In this document: positions 43,404 to 56,300 of the stretch, one piece after another
Position numbering within the stretch: the first letter of the stretch is position 1
How the letters are laid out: each line of letters starts with the position of its first letter
NCBI GenBank assembly: GCA_964016885.1
Contig: OZ024753.1
Location: 22,754,001-22,818,000 of the forward strand
DNA: 64,000 nucleotides
Direction of reading: 5' to 3'
Source: Eledone cirrhosa
Taxonomy: Eukaryota
Position numbers and translations under genes: made by a program
The notes under the pieces: generated by a model
Seen by the model: only the letters and a program-made list of their open reading frames with translations
What the model was told of the DNA's origin: nothing
Databases searched by the model: none

Positions 43404-44295
43404 TTAATCCACTGCTATTATGAGAGATGACCACCAGACATGCTGACGACTTAATCCACTGCTATTATGAGAGATGACCACAAGACAGGCTGACGACTTA
43501 ATCCACTGTTGTTATGAGAGATGACCACCAGACAGGCTGACGACTTAATCCACTGTTGTTATGAGAGATGACTACCAGACAGGCTGACGACTTAATCCAC
43601 TGCTATTATGAGAGATGACCACCAGACATGTTGACGACTTAATCCACTGCTGTTATGAGAGATGACCACCAGACATGCTGACGACTTAATCCATTGCTAT
43701 TATGAGAGATGACCACCAGACATGCTGACGACTTAATCCATTGCTATTATGAGAGATGACCACCAGACATGCTGACGACTTAATCCATTGCTATTATGAG
43801 AGATGACCACCAGACATGCTGACGACTTAATCCACTGCTGTTATGAGAGATGACCACCAGACATGCTGACAACTTAATCCACTGCTATTATGAGAGATGA
43901 CCACCAGACATGCTGACGACTTAATCCACTGCTATTATGAGAGATGACCACCAGACATGCTGACGACTTAATCCATTGCTATTATGAGAGATGACCACCA
44001 GACATGCTGACGACTTAATCCATTGCTATTATGAGAGATGACCACCAGACATGCTGACGACTTAATCCACTGCTGTTATGAGAGATGACCACCAGACATG
44101 CTGACGACTTAATCCACTGCTATTATGAGAGATGACCACCAGACATGCTGACGACTTAATCCATTGCTATTATGAGAGATGACCACCAGACATGCTGACG
44201 ACTTAATCCATTGCTATTATGAGAGATGACCACCAGACATGCTGACGACTTAATCCACTGCTATTATGAGAGATCACCACCAGACATGCTGACGA
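43404..44295. repeat. 47-bp minisatellite, about 19 copies
   Basis: Unit TTAATCCACTGCTATTATGAGAGATGACCACCAGACATGCTGACGAC. Confidence 0.95.
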
Positions 44296-44974
44296 TTGTG
44301 GTCACAATATTTATGAAATTTGCTTCACAACTCTAAGTACCCGAGCTTTATTCCACTGCAGCTTATCCAAGTATGATATACCACATCTTCGAGTTGATCC
44401 AAACCTATTGAGTGGAATTGGTTAGACAGAAATTGTTGGAAATTTCATCGAATGGACTGTATCTGTAATTCAAAGTACCATTCTTTCTATAGATTATGTA
44501 ACATTGAATCTAGCTGAGAACTAGTTTATGGATACACGAGTGTAGAATACACAACCCCATTCTCGTTAATTTTACGAGAAGGTTATTCGGTCGATCAAAG
44601 GATTTAAACACTAATTATCGAAATCAACAGAGATCCATTCCAGCCTAACAGGCGAAATGGAACAAACTCACTTGAGGCTTGATATTGATTTTAGCGGTTT
44701 TGGGAATTTATCTTTCAGCTGAACTGTTCATCATCAAAATTATAAAGATGAAAATACTGGCATTATAAGTTAAGTTTTAAAAAGTCTGTCCAAAGCCAGG
44801 AGGTTAATCAAGCCGCTGCTTACCCCGGTTAAGTGACGGACAGTACATGACTTCACCCCGGACAGAACACCATTCCACTGCAGAGATAACCCACAGCTGA
44901 TCCTCATTGTCAGCTGAGTTTGGGACCGCGAGGCGGACTGTCCCTTACGATATGCTGTTTGTATACTATGTTTT

Positions 44975-45140
44975 ATAGGCGGCAAATTGGCAGAGTTTTT
45001 AGAACGTCGGATAGAATGCTTTGCAGTATTCATTCCGACTTTCTGCTCACTGAGTTCAAATCCCACTCAGGTCAACTTTGCCTTTCATCTATTCAAGGTC
45101 GATCAAAAAAGTACCAGTCATGTACTGAGGTTGATTCTTC
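44975..45140 (+). mobile_element. tRNA-derived SINE
   Basis: A-box-like TGGCAGAGTTTTTAG and B-box-like GAGTTCAAATCC, followed by the family core. Confidence 0.75.
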
Positions 45141-45910
45141 CTCTGTATCTCTTTTTCACTTCATTTCTCTCACTCTCTATCATTCTCTAAAAGAAGTCTG
45201 CTGTATTCAGACCTGGGAAAAAGATGGGCTCTGCCAGAATTAAAATTGTCCTAGAACGGCCGTATGTCAATATGGTACCCTTACGACTGCCTTAGGAGCT
45301 AGGAATCCATACATAATATTGCGTTCTACTTTACTAGTTAAACCAATCACCCTACTGAGATGCCTTGCAGCTGTTTATTTTAAAGGTGTTTTTATTTATC
45401 TAAAAATCTTCCATCATAATTTTATGTTAAGTTTCATGAAAATGTTGCACTTTTCATTCTGTTCTGAATTTCTATTACGTTTTCGTATTTATTCCACAAT
45501 TAAGATTGATTAAGCGAATACCACTGATGATAACAGGTGACCAACAGAATGATATTATAAATTTCTTCCATAGAAAGCTACAATATTTGGTGGAAGGATT
45601 CTCCTGGCAGAATCAAAACCATATTTCACAGGGGGTTACCTTATCCCCCCCATGGTCGATTGCGATTATCTGAGGAACGAAATATAAAGAAAAGTTCGTC
45701 AAGGCATATAGAAAAATCCCGCAAGGCATAATATATAGTGTAATATATATATTAGGGCTGTCTAATATTTCTACCTCAATAGTGATTTAATCTTAAATAT
45801 AGTCATCCAGTATCACACAGATGCGCAGTTTAACTTAGTTTCCTGATATAACAATACTCTTCGTGTTTCTAAATTAACAGGTTGTGTAGAACATGCGAGG
45901 TGACGAATTA

Positions 45911-46958
45911 ACAGAGTGGTTAGAACGTCTGATAGAATGGTAGAGTGGTTAGAACAGCGGATAGAATGGTAGAGTGGTTAGAAGATCTGATAGAATGGTA
46001 GAGTGGTTAGAACGTCTGATAGAATTGTAGAGTCGTTAGTAAGTCTGATAGAATGGTAGTGTAGTTAGAACAGCAGATAGAATGGTAGAGTGGTTAGAAC
46101 GTCTGATAGAATGGTAGAGTGGTTAGAACAGCGGATAGAATGGTAGAGTGGTTAGAACGTCTGATAGAATTGTAGAGTCGTTAGAACGTCAGATAGAATG
46201 GTATTCGTTAGAACGTCTGATAGAATGGTAGAGTGGTTAGAACGTCAGATAGAATGGTAGAGTCGTTAGAACGTCAGATAGAATGGTAGAGTGGTTAAAA
46301 CGTCAGATAGAATGGTAGTCGTTAGAACGTCCGATAGAATGGTAGAGTGGTTAGAACGTCAGATAGAATGGTAGAGTGGTTAGAACGTCAAATAGAATGG
46401 TAGTCGTTAGAACGTCTGATAGAATGGTAGAATGGTTAGAACGTCAGATAAAATGGTAGAGTGGTTAGAACGCTTGGTAGAATGGTAGAGTGGTTAGAAC
46501 GACAGATAGAATGGTAGAGTGGTTAGAACAGCGGATAGAATGGTAGAGTGGTTAGAACGTCTGATAGAATTGTAGAGTCGTTAGAACGTCAGATAGAATG
46601 GTATTCGTTAGAACGTCTGATAGAATGGTAGAGTGGTTAGAACGTCAGATAGAATGGTAGAGTCGTTAGAACGTCAGATAGAATGGTAGAGTGGTTAGAA
46701 CGTCAGATAGAATGGTAGTCGTTAGAACGTCCGATAGAATGGTAGAGTGGTTAGAACGTCAGATAGAATGGTAGAGTGGTTAGAACGTCAAATAGAATGG
46801 TAGTCGTTAGAACGTCTGATAGAATGGTAGAATGGTTAGAACGTCAGATAAAATGGTAGAGTGGTTAGAACGCTTGGTAGAATGGTAGAGTGGTTAGAAC
46901 GTCAGATAGAATGGTAGAGTGGTTAGAAGGTCTGATAGAATGGTATGGTGGTTAGAAC
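45911..46958. repeat. 29-bp minisatellite derived from the SINE 5' head, with a 400-bp higher-order duplication
   Basis: Unit GAGTGGTTAGAACGTCAGATAGAATGGTA. Variant CGCTTGGTAG recurs at 46471 and 46871. Confidence 0.9.
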
Positions 46959-46970
46959 GAAGGTTAGAAC

Positions 46971-47253
46971 TGAGGATAGGACACAGATTAGTGTCTGAGG
47001 ATAGGACACAGATTAGTGTCTGGGGATAGGACACAGATTAGTGTCTGGGGATAAGACACAGATTAGTGTCTGGGAATAGCACATAGGTTAGTGTCTGAGG
47101 ATAGGACACAGATTAGTGTCTGAGGATATGACATAGGTTAGTGTCTGGGGATAGGACACAGGTTAGTGTCTGAGGATAGGACAGAGATTAGTGTCTGAGG
47201 ATAGGATATAGGTTAGTGTCTGAGAAAAGGAGGACATAGATTAGTGTCTGAGG
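46971..47253. repeat. 25-bp minisatellite, about 11 copies
   Basis: Unit TGAGGATAGGACACAGATTAGTGTC. Confidence 0.9.
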
Positions 47254-47699
47254 CTCAGAGATATCAGAAAAATTGAACAAATCATATCATCGTTGAATAT
47301 CAATGAATATTAATGCGATATCGCTTGACCAATTTAGTAAATAGATTTAGTAAAAAGCCTTAACTAAATTATTCCCTTGAATTGACTTTGACGATTATTT
47401 CTTCACTGTAAATCGTTTCTGCAATCTATTTCATATTCATATCCACGAATTTTTTCTTTCTCGCTTTCTTTTGTCTTTTTTTCTTTTTACCTCACTCTGA
47501 TAAACATCGGAATAATAACGGCAGCTATTATACTAAAACATTGACGAACATACATATATATATAAATACATGTACTCAACCAGAAAGATATAGATGCGTA
47601 TGGAGCATATATACACATATATAGATACACTTGCGCACATAGAAACACACACACACACACCATATTTTGACGTAGACATTACAATACAACGGGAGAAAA

Positions 47700-47766
47700 C
47701 ATAATAGTACCACTGATGATGTCAGAGGTTTGTGATGAAAGAACATTGATAGACTCTCTCTCTCTC

Positions 47767-47823
<57 letters not shown>

Positions 47824-48030
47824 AACCGTTGGTCAATCAATGATAAACATTGATTGCCAGCTAAATTAACTATAGGGATATAAATTATACAGAAAGGAAA
47901 ACCAATCCAAACCAAACAGTGAGTGTGTTTTATTATTATTTCTGGCAATATTATAAGAATATGACCCTCCCCCCAAATATAACAATATTGGTTTCAACAC
48001 ACGATTTCATATAAAAAACCTTGCAATATA
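47700..48030 (+). mobile_element. Probable solo pseudo-LTR related to the PLE at 34820-37606, with a degenerate hammerhead
   Basis: CTGATGA..GAAA at 47713-47740. 47960-48025 (ATGACCCTCCC..TATAACAATATTGGTTTCAACACACGATTTCA) matches 37527-37590. Confidence 0.55.
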
Positions 48031-48489
48031 TATAAGAAATCGATGGGACTAGCATAAGGTTACCCTGATAGTCCCGGTTGCATCTCAGCGTACTCAATAG
48101 GTAAGGTTATGTAAAAATCCCAGATTAGAAACAAAGTTATTTGCCTCAATACAACACACGTAAAGGGGTACCATAGTACTCGAGTTTCGGCTACACTTAA
48201 TGCGGTAAGAGAGCGTACAGCATGTATTGTCTACATACATTATGCAACAATGCACAATCGGCACAAGTGGTTTCGTCAGCAGGTCTTGTCTAATCAATAA
48301 ACAATCGATCGACAGAATTTGATTCCAGTCCGTGCAGCAGTAAACACAACAGGCCTCACAGTAGTACATTAGTAACTGAAATCCCTACGCGTCATCAAAA
48401 CATCGTCAACCGATTGGCCACTGGTTCAGACATTTATGTCTGTAGTATGCTGTATCACCCCACGTTGAATATTAATTATTAATGTCGAA

Positions 48490-48690
48490 ATAATAATAAT
48501 GTTTCTACTTTTGGCGTAAGGCCAACAATTACCCCAGTGTATTACTGGTGTTTTATTTTATCGACCCCGTAAGGATGAATGAATAGCTAACATCGATGGT
48601 ATTTGAACTCTGAACGTAAAGGGACGTAACTCTGTGCTGCAAAGCATAGTGTCTGATGTTCTACAGATACATCCAAACCACCGCCCTAAT
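48490..48690 (-). mobile_element. tRNA-derived SINE
   Basis: TCGACCCCGTAAGGATGAA...ATTTGAACTCTGAACGTAAAG, same family as 41410-41826. Confidence 0.8.
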
Positions 48691-48709
48691 AATATTAGTA
48701 ATGATAACG

Positions 48710-50335
48710 ATTTCTTTATTATTGGCCACAAGGGTCAAACATAGGGGACAAAGACGGGGACGGTGGGGTTGACAACAATATCGAGTAAAAAAATTAACAA
48801 AACAACAAAAAAATCAACAACAGAAATCCCCAGTAAGGAGTGGGATACCACCCAGGGGTGTCGTTAAGAAACCTACAAATCCCAACCCACCCTCATCTCC
48901 ACGAGGACCCTAGGAGGGCACCCCTCTTTCCCCCCATCCTTCCAGCCTATAGGCTAATTAACACGAGCCACCCTCGCAGCAATCACCCACCTTTTAAAAA
49001 ATGTTCTGGGGGCAGCACTTCTCTCTCCACCCTCATCTTTCTTTCTTAGCGCAACTTGAAAAAGTTGACGCGGGGTTGGCCGCAAAGGAAACTGTCTGTC
49101 TTCAGATTTTCAGTCGCATCCACCACACAAGCTCTACAGCTACAGCTATCAGACAGAGGAAAACTGACTGCTCTTCCTGGCCAAAAGAAGGCAGCGGGGC
49201 TATCTTCACGGTGGACACGGTTGATAGCCAGATCCGTTCCACACGCGATAACAGCTGTTCGACAGAACTCCACACTGGACGAATGCGTGTAAAACGGTTT
49301 CGTCGCCCAGCGCGCATCTCGGGCATGTCCGTCTCACAGCACTTACGTGCCTGTAGAGTTTATCTCCAACCGGCAAGACATCTCGGCAGCACTGCCAAGC
49401 GAGGGATTTCTAGAAATTGTCCATAGTCCCCGCCTCGAAAGTCCTCCGGAAAAGAATCTCTCCGAGAGCATCGTCACACTTGCCCACCACTAATCCTCTA
49501 TAGAACTCTAGAATGGAAGTTTCACAGACCACATTGCCCACCTGGCAGGGGGCAATGAGTGACTGGAAATATTCCAGGTGCCAGGTGCCCACTCTCGGTC
49601 ACTTCTTGAACCAGGACTACAGCTCAGTGAAAGAGACGAACTGAGGAAAAGCTCGTCTGACAAACGGTGACCACATCTGTTCACCGTTTAGGCAGAATAT
49701 CTGGAGATGCAGCATCCGCACCACATGTTTACGCATCATTAGCCACGACATGCCCAGCCTTCCGTACAGAGAAAGCTTCCTCTCGGAACATTTTAGAGTG
49801 AAAGTGGGTACCCACACCATTACCTCGGTTTTATCGAACAGCTTTGGCTCCCTCGTTTCTTAGAGAAGGCGCCTTAGCTCTAACAATGCAGCCTTCGTGT
49901 TTCGCATTGAGCAAGATCATCGAGCAAGCGGCCTAGCTTCCAGGTTGACCCCAGACCACGAACGTTTATGCACTACCTCTTAACATCCCTATGCTGATAA
50001 AAAAAAAAGAGAAAAAGAGGGTTACTTACTCTGCGGATGCTGTTGAAGGTCGGGTGGTTCGACATACATTTCTGGTTGGTGGGGTTTCTTTGGGAATCCC
50101 TTCAAAAGCCTATTTGAGGTTTTTACACTGGTGTTCACTCGTCGTTAGGAAGCTCTCCCCATTTATTTTATAATTGTCTAATGGCATCTGCACCAGAAAA
50201 AGTGTTTGAGGCAGTTTGAAGGAGCAGGTGCTGAATACCTTCCCCTCTTTCTCTATTTCCTTCCTTCATGTTATTAGGGCCATTAATGTTTGGTTGGATT
50301 TTCTGACGAACACGATCTTAGGTGACGGGTGGGAC
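48710..50335 (-). mobile_element. Multiply deleted Tx1 element (copy 5): ORF1 C-terminus, ORF2 fragments and 3' UTR
   Basis: Minus strand gives NQTLMALIT*RKEIEKEGKVF (ORF1 C-domain), MLR..CINVRGLGSTWK, NAKHEGCIVR, GMSWLMMRKH, TMDNF, VFLCLIAVAVELVWW. 3' end CCCTTGTGGCCAATAATAAAGAAAT. Confidence 0.85.
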
Positions 50336-53300
50336 ATGGTGTTTGTGTTGACTGTCGTGTTTTTGGTGGACGTGGTGTTGGTGTTGCCTGTCGTGTCGGT
50401 GATGGAGGTGGTGGAGGTGTTGACTGTCGTGTTGTTGGTGGTGGAGGTGGAGTTTGTGTTGACTGTCGTGTTGTTGGTGGTGGAGGTGGTGTTTGTGTTG
50501 ACTGTCGTGTTGTTGATGGTGGAGGTGGTGTTGGTGTTGACAGTCGTGTTGGTGGTGGTAGAGTTGGTGTTGGTGTTGACTGTCGTGTTGTTGGTGGCGG
50601 AGGTGGTGTTTGTGTTGACTGTCGTGTTGGTGGAGGTGGTGGTGTAGGTGGTGTTGGTGTTGACTGTCGTGTTGGTGGTGGTGGAGGTGGAGTTTGTGTT
50701 GACTGTCGTGTTGTTGGTGGTGGAGGTGGTGTTTGTGTTGACTGTCGTGTTGGTGGTGGTGGAGGTGGTGTTGGTGTTGACTGTTGTGTTGGTGGTGGTG
50801 GAGGTGGTGTCGGTGTTGACTGTCGTGTTGGTGGTGGTGGAGGTGGTGTTGGTGTTGACTGTTGTGTTGGTGGTGGTGGAGGTGGTGTCGGTGTTGACTG
50901 TCGTGTTGGTGGTGGTGGAGGTAGTGTTGGTGTTGACTGTCGTGTTGGTGGTGGTGGAAGAGGTGTTGGTGTTGACTGTTGTGTTGGTGGTGGTGGAGGT
51001 GGTGTCGGTGTTGACTGTCGTGTTGGTGGTGGTGGAGGTAGTGTTGGTGTTGACTGTCGTGTTGGTGGTGGTGGAAGAGGTGTTGGTGTTGACTGTCGTG
51101 TTGGTGGTGGTGGAGGTGGTGTTGGTGTTGACTGTCGTGTTGGTGGTGGTGGAGGTGGTGTTGACTGTCGTGTTGGTGGTGGTGGAGGTGGTGTTGGTGT
51201 TGACTGTCGTGTTGGTGGTGGTGGTGGAGGTGGTGTTGGTGTTGACTGTCGTGTTGGTGGTGGTGGAGGTGGTGTTGGTGTTGACTGTCGTGTTGGTGGT
51301 GGTGGAGGTGTTGTTGGTGTTGACTGTCGTGTTGGTGGTGGTGGAGGTGGTGTTGGTGTTGACTGTCGTGTTGGTGGTGGTGGAGGTGGTGTTGGTGTTG
51401 ACTGTCGTGTTGGTGGTGGAGGTGGTGTTGGTGTTGACTGTCGTGTTGTTGGTGGTGGTGGTGTTGGTGTCGACTGCGTGTTGGTGGTGGAGGAGGTGTT
51501 GGTGTTGACTGTCGTGTTGTTGGTGGTGGTGGTGTTGGTGTTGACTGTCGTGTTGGTGGTGGTGGAGGTGGTGTCGGTGTTAACTGTCGTGTTGGTGGTG
51601 GTGGTGGTGGTGTTGGTGTTGACTGCCGTGTTGGTGGTGGTGGAGGTGGTGTTGGTGTTGACTGTCGTGTTGTTGGTGGTGGAGGTGGTTTTGGTGTTGA
51701 CTGCCGTGTTGGTGGTGGTGGAGGTGGTGTTGGTGTTGACCGTCGTGTTGGTGGTGTAGGAGGTGGTGTTGGTGTTGACTGTCGTGTCGTTGGTGGTGGA
51801 GGTGGTGTTGGTGTTGACTGCCGTGTTGGTGGTGGTGGAGGTGGTGTTGGTGTTGACCGTCGTGTTGGTGGTGGAGGAGGTGGTGTTGGTGTTGACTGTC
51901 GTGTTGGTGGTGGTGGAGGTGGTGTTGGTGTTGACTGTCGTGTTGTTGGTGGTGGAGGTGGTGTTGGTGTTGAGTGTTGTGTTGGTGGTGGTGGAGGTGG
52001 TGTCGTAGTTAACTGTCGTGTTGTTGGTGATGGAAGTGGTGTTGGTGTCGACTGCGTGTTGGTGGTGGAGGAGGTGTTGGTGTTGACTGTCGTGTTGGTG
52101 GTGGTGGAGGTGGTGTTGGTGTTGACTGTCGTGTTGTTGGTGGTGGAGGTGGTGTTGGTGTTGACTGTCGTGTTGTTGGTGGTGGAGGTGGTGTTGGTGT
52201 TGACTGTCGTGTTGTTGGTGATGGAGGTGGTGTTGGTGTTGACTGTCGTGTTGTTGGTGGTGGAGGTGGTGTTGGTGTTGACTGTCGTGTTGGTGGTGGT
52301 GGAGGTGGTGTTGGTGTTGACTGTCGTGTTGTTGGTGATGGAGGTGGAGTTGGTGTTGACTGTCGTGTTGTTGGTGGTGGAGGTGGTGTTGGTGTTGACT
52401 GTCGTGTTGTTGGTGATGGAGGTGGTGTTGGTGTTGACTGTCGTGTTGGTGGTGGTGGAGGTGGTGTTGGTGTTGACTGTCGTGTTGTTGGTGGTGGAGG
52501 TGGTGTTGGGGTTGACTGTCGTGTTGTTGGTGGTGGAGGTGGTGGAGGTGGTGTTGACTGTCGTGTTGGTGGTGGAGGTGGTGTTGGTGTTGACTGTCGT
52601 GTTGTTGGTGGTGGAGGTGGTGTTGGTGTTGATTGTCGTGTTGTTGGTGGTGGAGGTGGTGTTGGTGTTGACTGTCGTGTTGGTGGTGGTGGAGGTGGTG
52701 TTGGTGTTGACTGTCGTGTTGGTGGTGGTGGAGGTGGTGTTGGTGTTGACTGTCGTGTTGGTGGTGGAGGTGGTGTTGACTGTCGTGTTGTTGGTGTTGG
52801 AGGTGGTATTTGTGTTGACTGTCGTGTTGTTGGTGGTGGAGTTGGTGGTGGTGGAGGTGGTGTTGGTGTTGAATGTCGTGTTGTTGTTGGTGGTGGTGGT
52901 GTTGGTGTTGACTGTCGTGTTGGTGATGGAGGTGGTGTTGGTGTTGACTGTCGTGTTGTTGGTGGTGGAGGTGGTGTTGGTGTTGACTGTCGTGTTGGTG
53001 GTGGTGGAGGTGGTGTTGGTGTTGACTGTCGTGTTGTTGGTGGTGGAGGTGGTGTTGGGGTTGACTGTCGTGTTGTTGGTGGTGGAGGTGGTGGAGGTGG
53101 TGTTGACTGTCGTGTTGGTGGTGGAGGTGGTGTTGGTGTTGAGTGTCGTGTTGGTGGTGGTGGAGGTGGTGTTGGTGTTGACTGTCGTGTTGTTGGTGGT
53201 GGAGGTGGTGTTGGTGTTGACAGTCGTGTTGGTGGTGGAGGTGGTGTTGGTGTTGACTCTCGTGTTGGTGGTGGTGGAGGTGGTGTTGGTGTTGACTGTC

Positions 53301-56300
53301 GTGTTGGTGGTGGTGGTGGAGGTGGTGTCGGTGTTGACTGTCGTGTTGGTGGTGGTGGAGGTGGTGTTGGTGTTGACTGTCGTGTTGTTGGTGGTGGAGG
53401 TGGTGTTGGTGTTGACTGTCGTGTTGTCGGTGGTGGAGGTGGTGTTGGTGTTGACTGTCGTGTTGTTGGTGGTGGTGTTGGTGTTGGTGTTGACTGTCGT
53501 GTTGGTAGTGGTGGATGTGGTGTTGACTGTCGTGTTGGTGGTGGAGGTGGTGTTGGTGTTGACTGTCGTGTTGGTGGTGGTGGAGGTGGTGTTGGTGTTG
53601 ACTGTCGTGTTGTTGGTGGTGGTGGTGGTGTTGGTGTTGACAGTCGTGTTGGTGGTGGTGGAGGTGGTGTTGGTGTTGACTGTCGTGTTGTTGGTGGTGG
53701 TGGTGGTGTTGACTGTCGTGTTGGTGGTGGTGGATGTGGTGTTGACTGTCGTGTTGGTGGTGGAGGTGGTGTTGGTGTTGACTGTCGTGTTGGTGGTGGT
53801 GGAGGTGGTGTTGGTGTTGACTGTCGTGTTGTTGGTGGTGGAGGTGGTGTTGGTGTTGACTGTCGTGTTGTTGGTGGTGGAGGTGGTGTTGGTGTTGACT
53901 GTCGTGTTGTTGGTGGTGGTGTTGGTGTTGGTGCTGACTGTCGTGTTGGTAGTGGTGGATGTGGTGTTGACTGTCGTGTTGGTGGTGGAGGTGGTGTTGG
54001 TGTTGACTGTCGTGTTGGTGGTGGTGGAGGTGGTGTTGGTGTTGACTGTCGTGTTGTTGGTGGTGGTGGTGGTTTTGGTGTTGACAGTCGTGTTGGTGGT
54101 GGTGGAGGTGGTGTTGGTGTTGACTGTCGTGTTGTTGGTGGTGGTGGTGGTGTTGACTGTCGTGTTGGTGGTGGTGGAGGTGGTGTTGGTGTTGACTGTC
54201 GTGTTGTTGGTGGTGGTGGTGGTGTTGACTGTCGTGTTGGTGGTGGTGGAGGTGGTGTCGTAGTTGACTGTCGTGTTGTTGGTGGTGGAGTTGGTGTTGG
54301 TGTTGACTGTCGTGTTGTTGATGATGGTGGTGGTGTTGGTGTTGACTGTCGTGTTGTTGTTGGTGGTGGTGGTGTTGGTGTTGACTGTCGTGTTGGTGGT
54401 GGTGGAGGTGGTGGTTTTGGTGTTGACTGTCGTGTTGTTAGTGGTGGTGGAGGTGGTGTTGGTGTTGAGTGTTGTGTTGGTGATGGTGGAGGTGGTGTCG
54501 TAGTTAACTGTCGTGTTGTTGGTGGTGGAGGTGGTGTTGGTGTCGACTGCGTGTTGGTGGTGGAGGAGGTGTTGGTGTTGACTGTCGTGTTGTTGTTGGT
54601 GGTGGTGTTGGTGTTGACTGTCGTGTTGTTGGTGGTGGAGGCGGTGTTGGTGTTGACTGTCGTGTTGTTGTTGGTGGTGGTGTTGGTGTTGACTGTCGTG
54701 TTGTTGGTGGTGGAGGCGGTGTTGGTGTTGACTGTCGTGTTGGTGGTGGTGGAGGTGGTGTTGGTGTTAACTGTCGTGTTGGTGGTGGTGGAGGTGGTGT
54801 TGGTGTTGACTGTCGTGTTGTTGGTGGTGGAGGTGGTGTTGGTGTTGATTGTCGTGTTGTTGGTGGTGGAGGTGGTGTTGGTGTTGACTGTCGTGTTGGT
54901 GGTGGTGGAGGTGGTGTTGGTGTTGACTGTCGTGTTGGTGGTGGTGGAGGTGGTGTTGGTGTTGACTGTCGTGTTGGTGGTGGTGGAGGTGGTGTTGGTG
55001 TTGACTGTCGTGTTGTTGGTGGTGGAGGTGGTGTTGGTGTTGACTGTCGTGTTGGTGGTGGAGGTGGTGTTGGTGTTGACTGTCGTGTTGGTGGTGGTGG
55101 AGGTGGTGATGGTGTTGATTGTCGTGTTGTTGGTGGTGGAGGTGGTGTTGGTGTTGATTGTCGTGTTGTTGGTGGTGGAGGTGGTGTTGGTGTTGACTGT
55201 CGTGTTGGTGGTCGTGGAGGTGGTGTTGGTGTTGACTGTCGTGTTGGTGGTGGTGGAGGTGGTGTTGGTGTTGACTGTCGTGTTGTTGGTGGTGGAGGTG
55301 GTGTTGGTGTTGACTGTCGTGTTGGTGGTGGTGGAGGTGGTGTTGGTGTTGACTGTCGTGTTGGTGGTGGTGGAGGTGGTGTTGGTGTTGACTGTCGTGT
55401 TGGTGGTGGTGGAGGTGGTGTTGGTGTTGACTCTCGTATTGGTGGTGGTGGAGGTGGTGTTGGTGTTGACTGTCGTGTTGGTGGTGGTGGAGGTGGTGTT
55501 GGTATTGACTGTCGTGTTGTTGGTGGTGGGGGTGGTGTTCGTGTTGATTGTCGTGTTGTTGGTGGTGGAGGTGGTGTTGGTGTTGACTGTCGTGTTGTTG
55601 GTGGTGGTGTTGGTGTTGACTGTCGTGTTGGTGGTGGTGGAGGTGGTGTTGGTGTTGACTGTCGTGTTGGTGGTGGTGGAGGTGGTGTTGGTATTGACTG
55701 TCGTGTTGTTGGTGGTGGGGGTGGTGTTCGTGTTGATTGTCGTGTTGTTGGTGGTGGAGGTGGTGTTGTGTTGACTGTCGTGTTGTTGGTGGTGGAGGTG
55801 GTTTTGGTGTTGACTGTCGTGTTGGTGGTGGTGGAGGTGGTGTTGGTGTTGACTGTCGTGTTGTTGTTGGTGGTGGTGGTGTTGGTGTTGACTGTTGTGT
55901 TGGTGGTGGTGGAGGTGGTGTCGTAGTTGACTGTCGTGTTGTTGGTGGTGGAGTTGGTGTTGGTGTTGACTGTCGTGTTGTTGGTGGTGGAGGTGGTGTT
56001 GGTGTTGAGTGTTGTGTTGGTGGTGGTGGAGGTGGTGTCGTAGTTAACTGTCGTGTTGTTGGTGATGGAAGTGGTGTTGGTGTCGACTGCGTGTTGTTGG
56101 TGGTGGAGGTGGTGTTGGTGTTGACTGTCGTGTTGTTGGTGATGGAGGTGGTGTTGGTGTTGACTGTCGTGTTGTTGGTGGTGGAGGTGGTGTTGGTGTT
56201 GACTGTCGTGTTGGTGGTGGTGGAGGTGGTGTTGGTGTTGACTGTCGTGTTGTTGGTGATGGAGGTGGTGTTGGTGTTGATTGTCGTGTTGTTGGTGGTG

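Noticed and set aside
44785-44930. Second SINE family remnant
   Set aside because: It resembles a conserved-domain SINE from memory but is too degenerate to support.
43404-47253. CRISPR-like arrays
   Set aside because: Units are contiguous with no unique spacers, there are no cas genes, and the context is eukaryotic.
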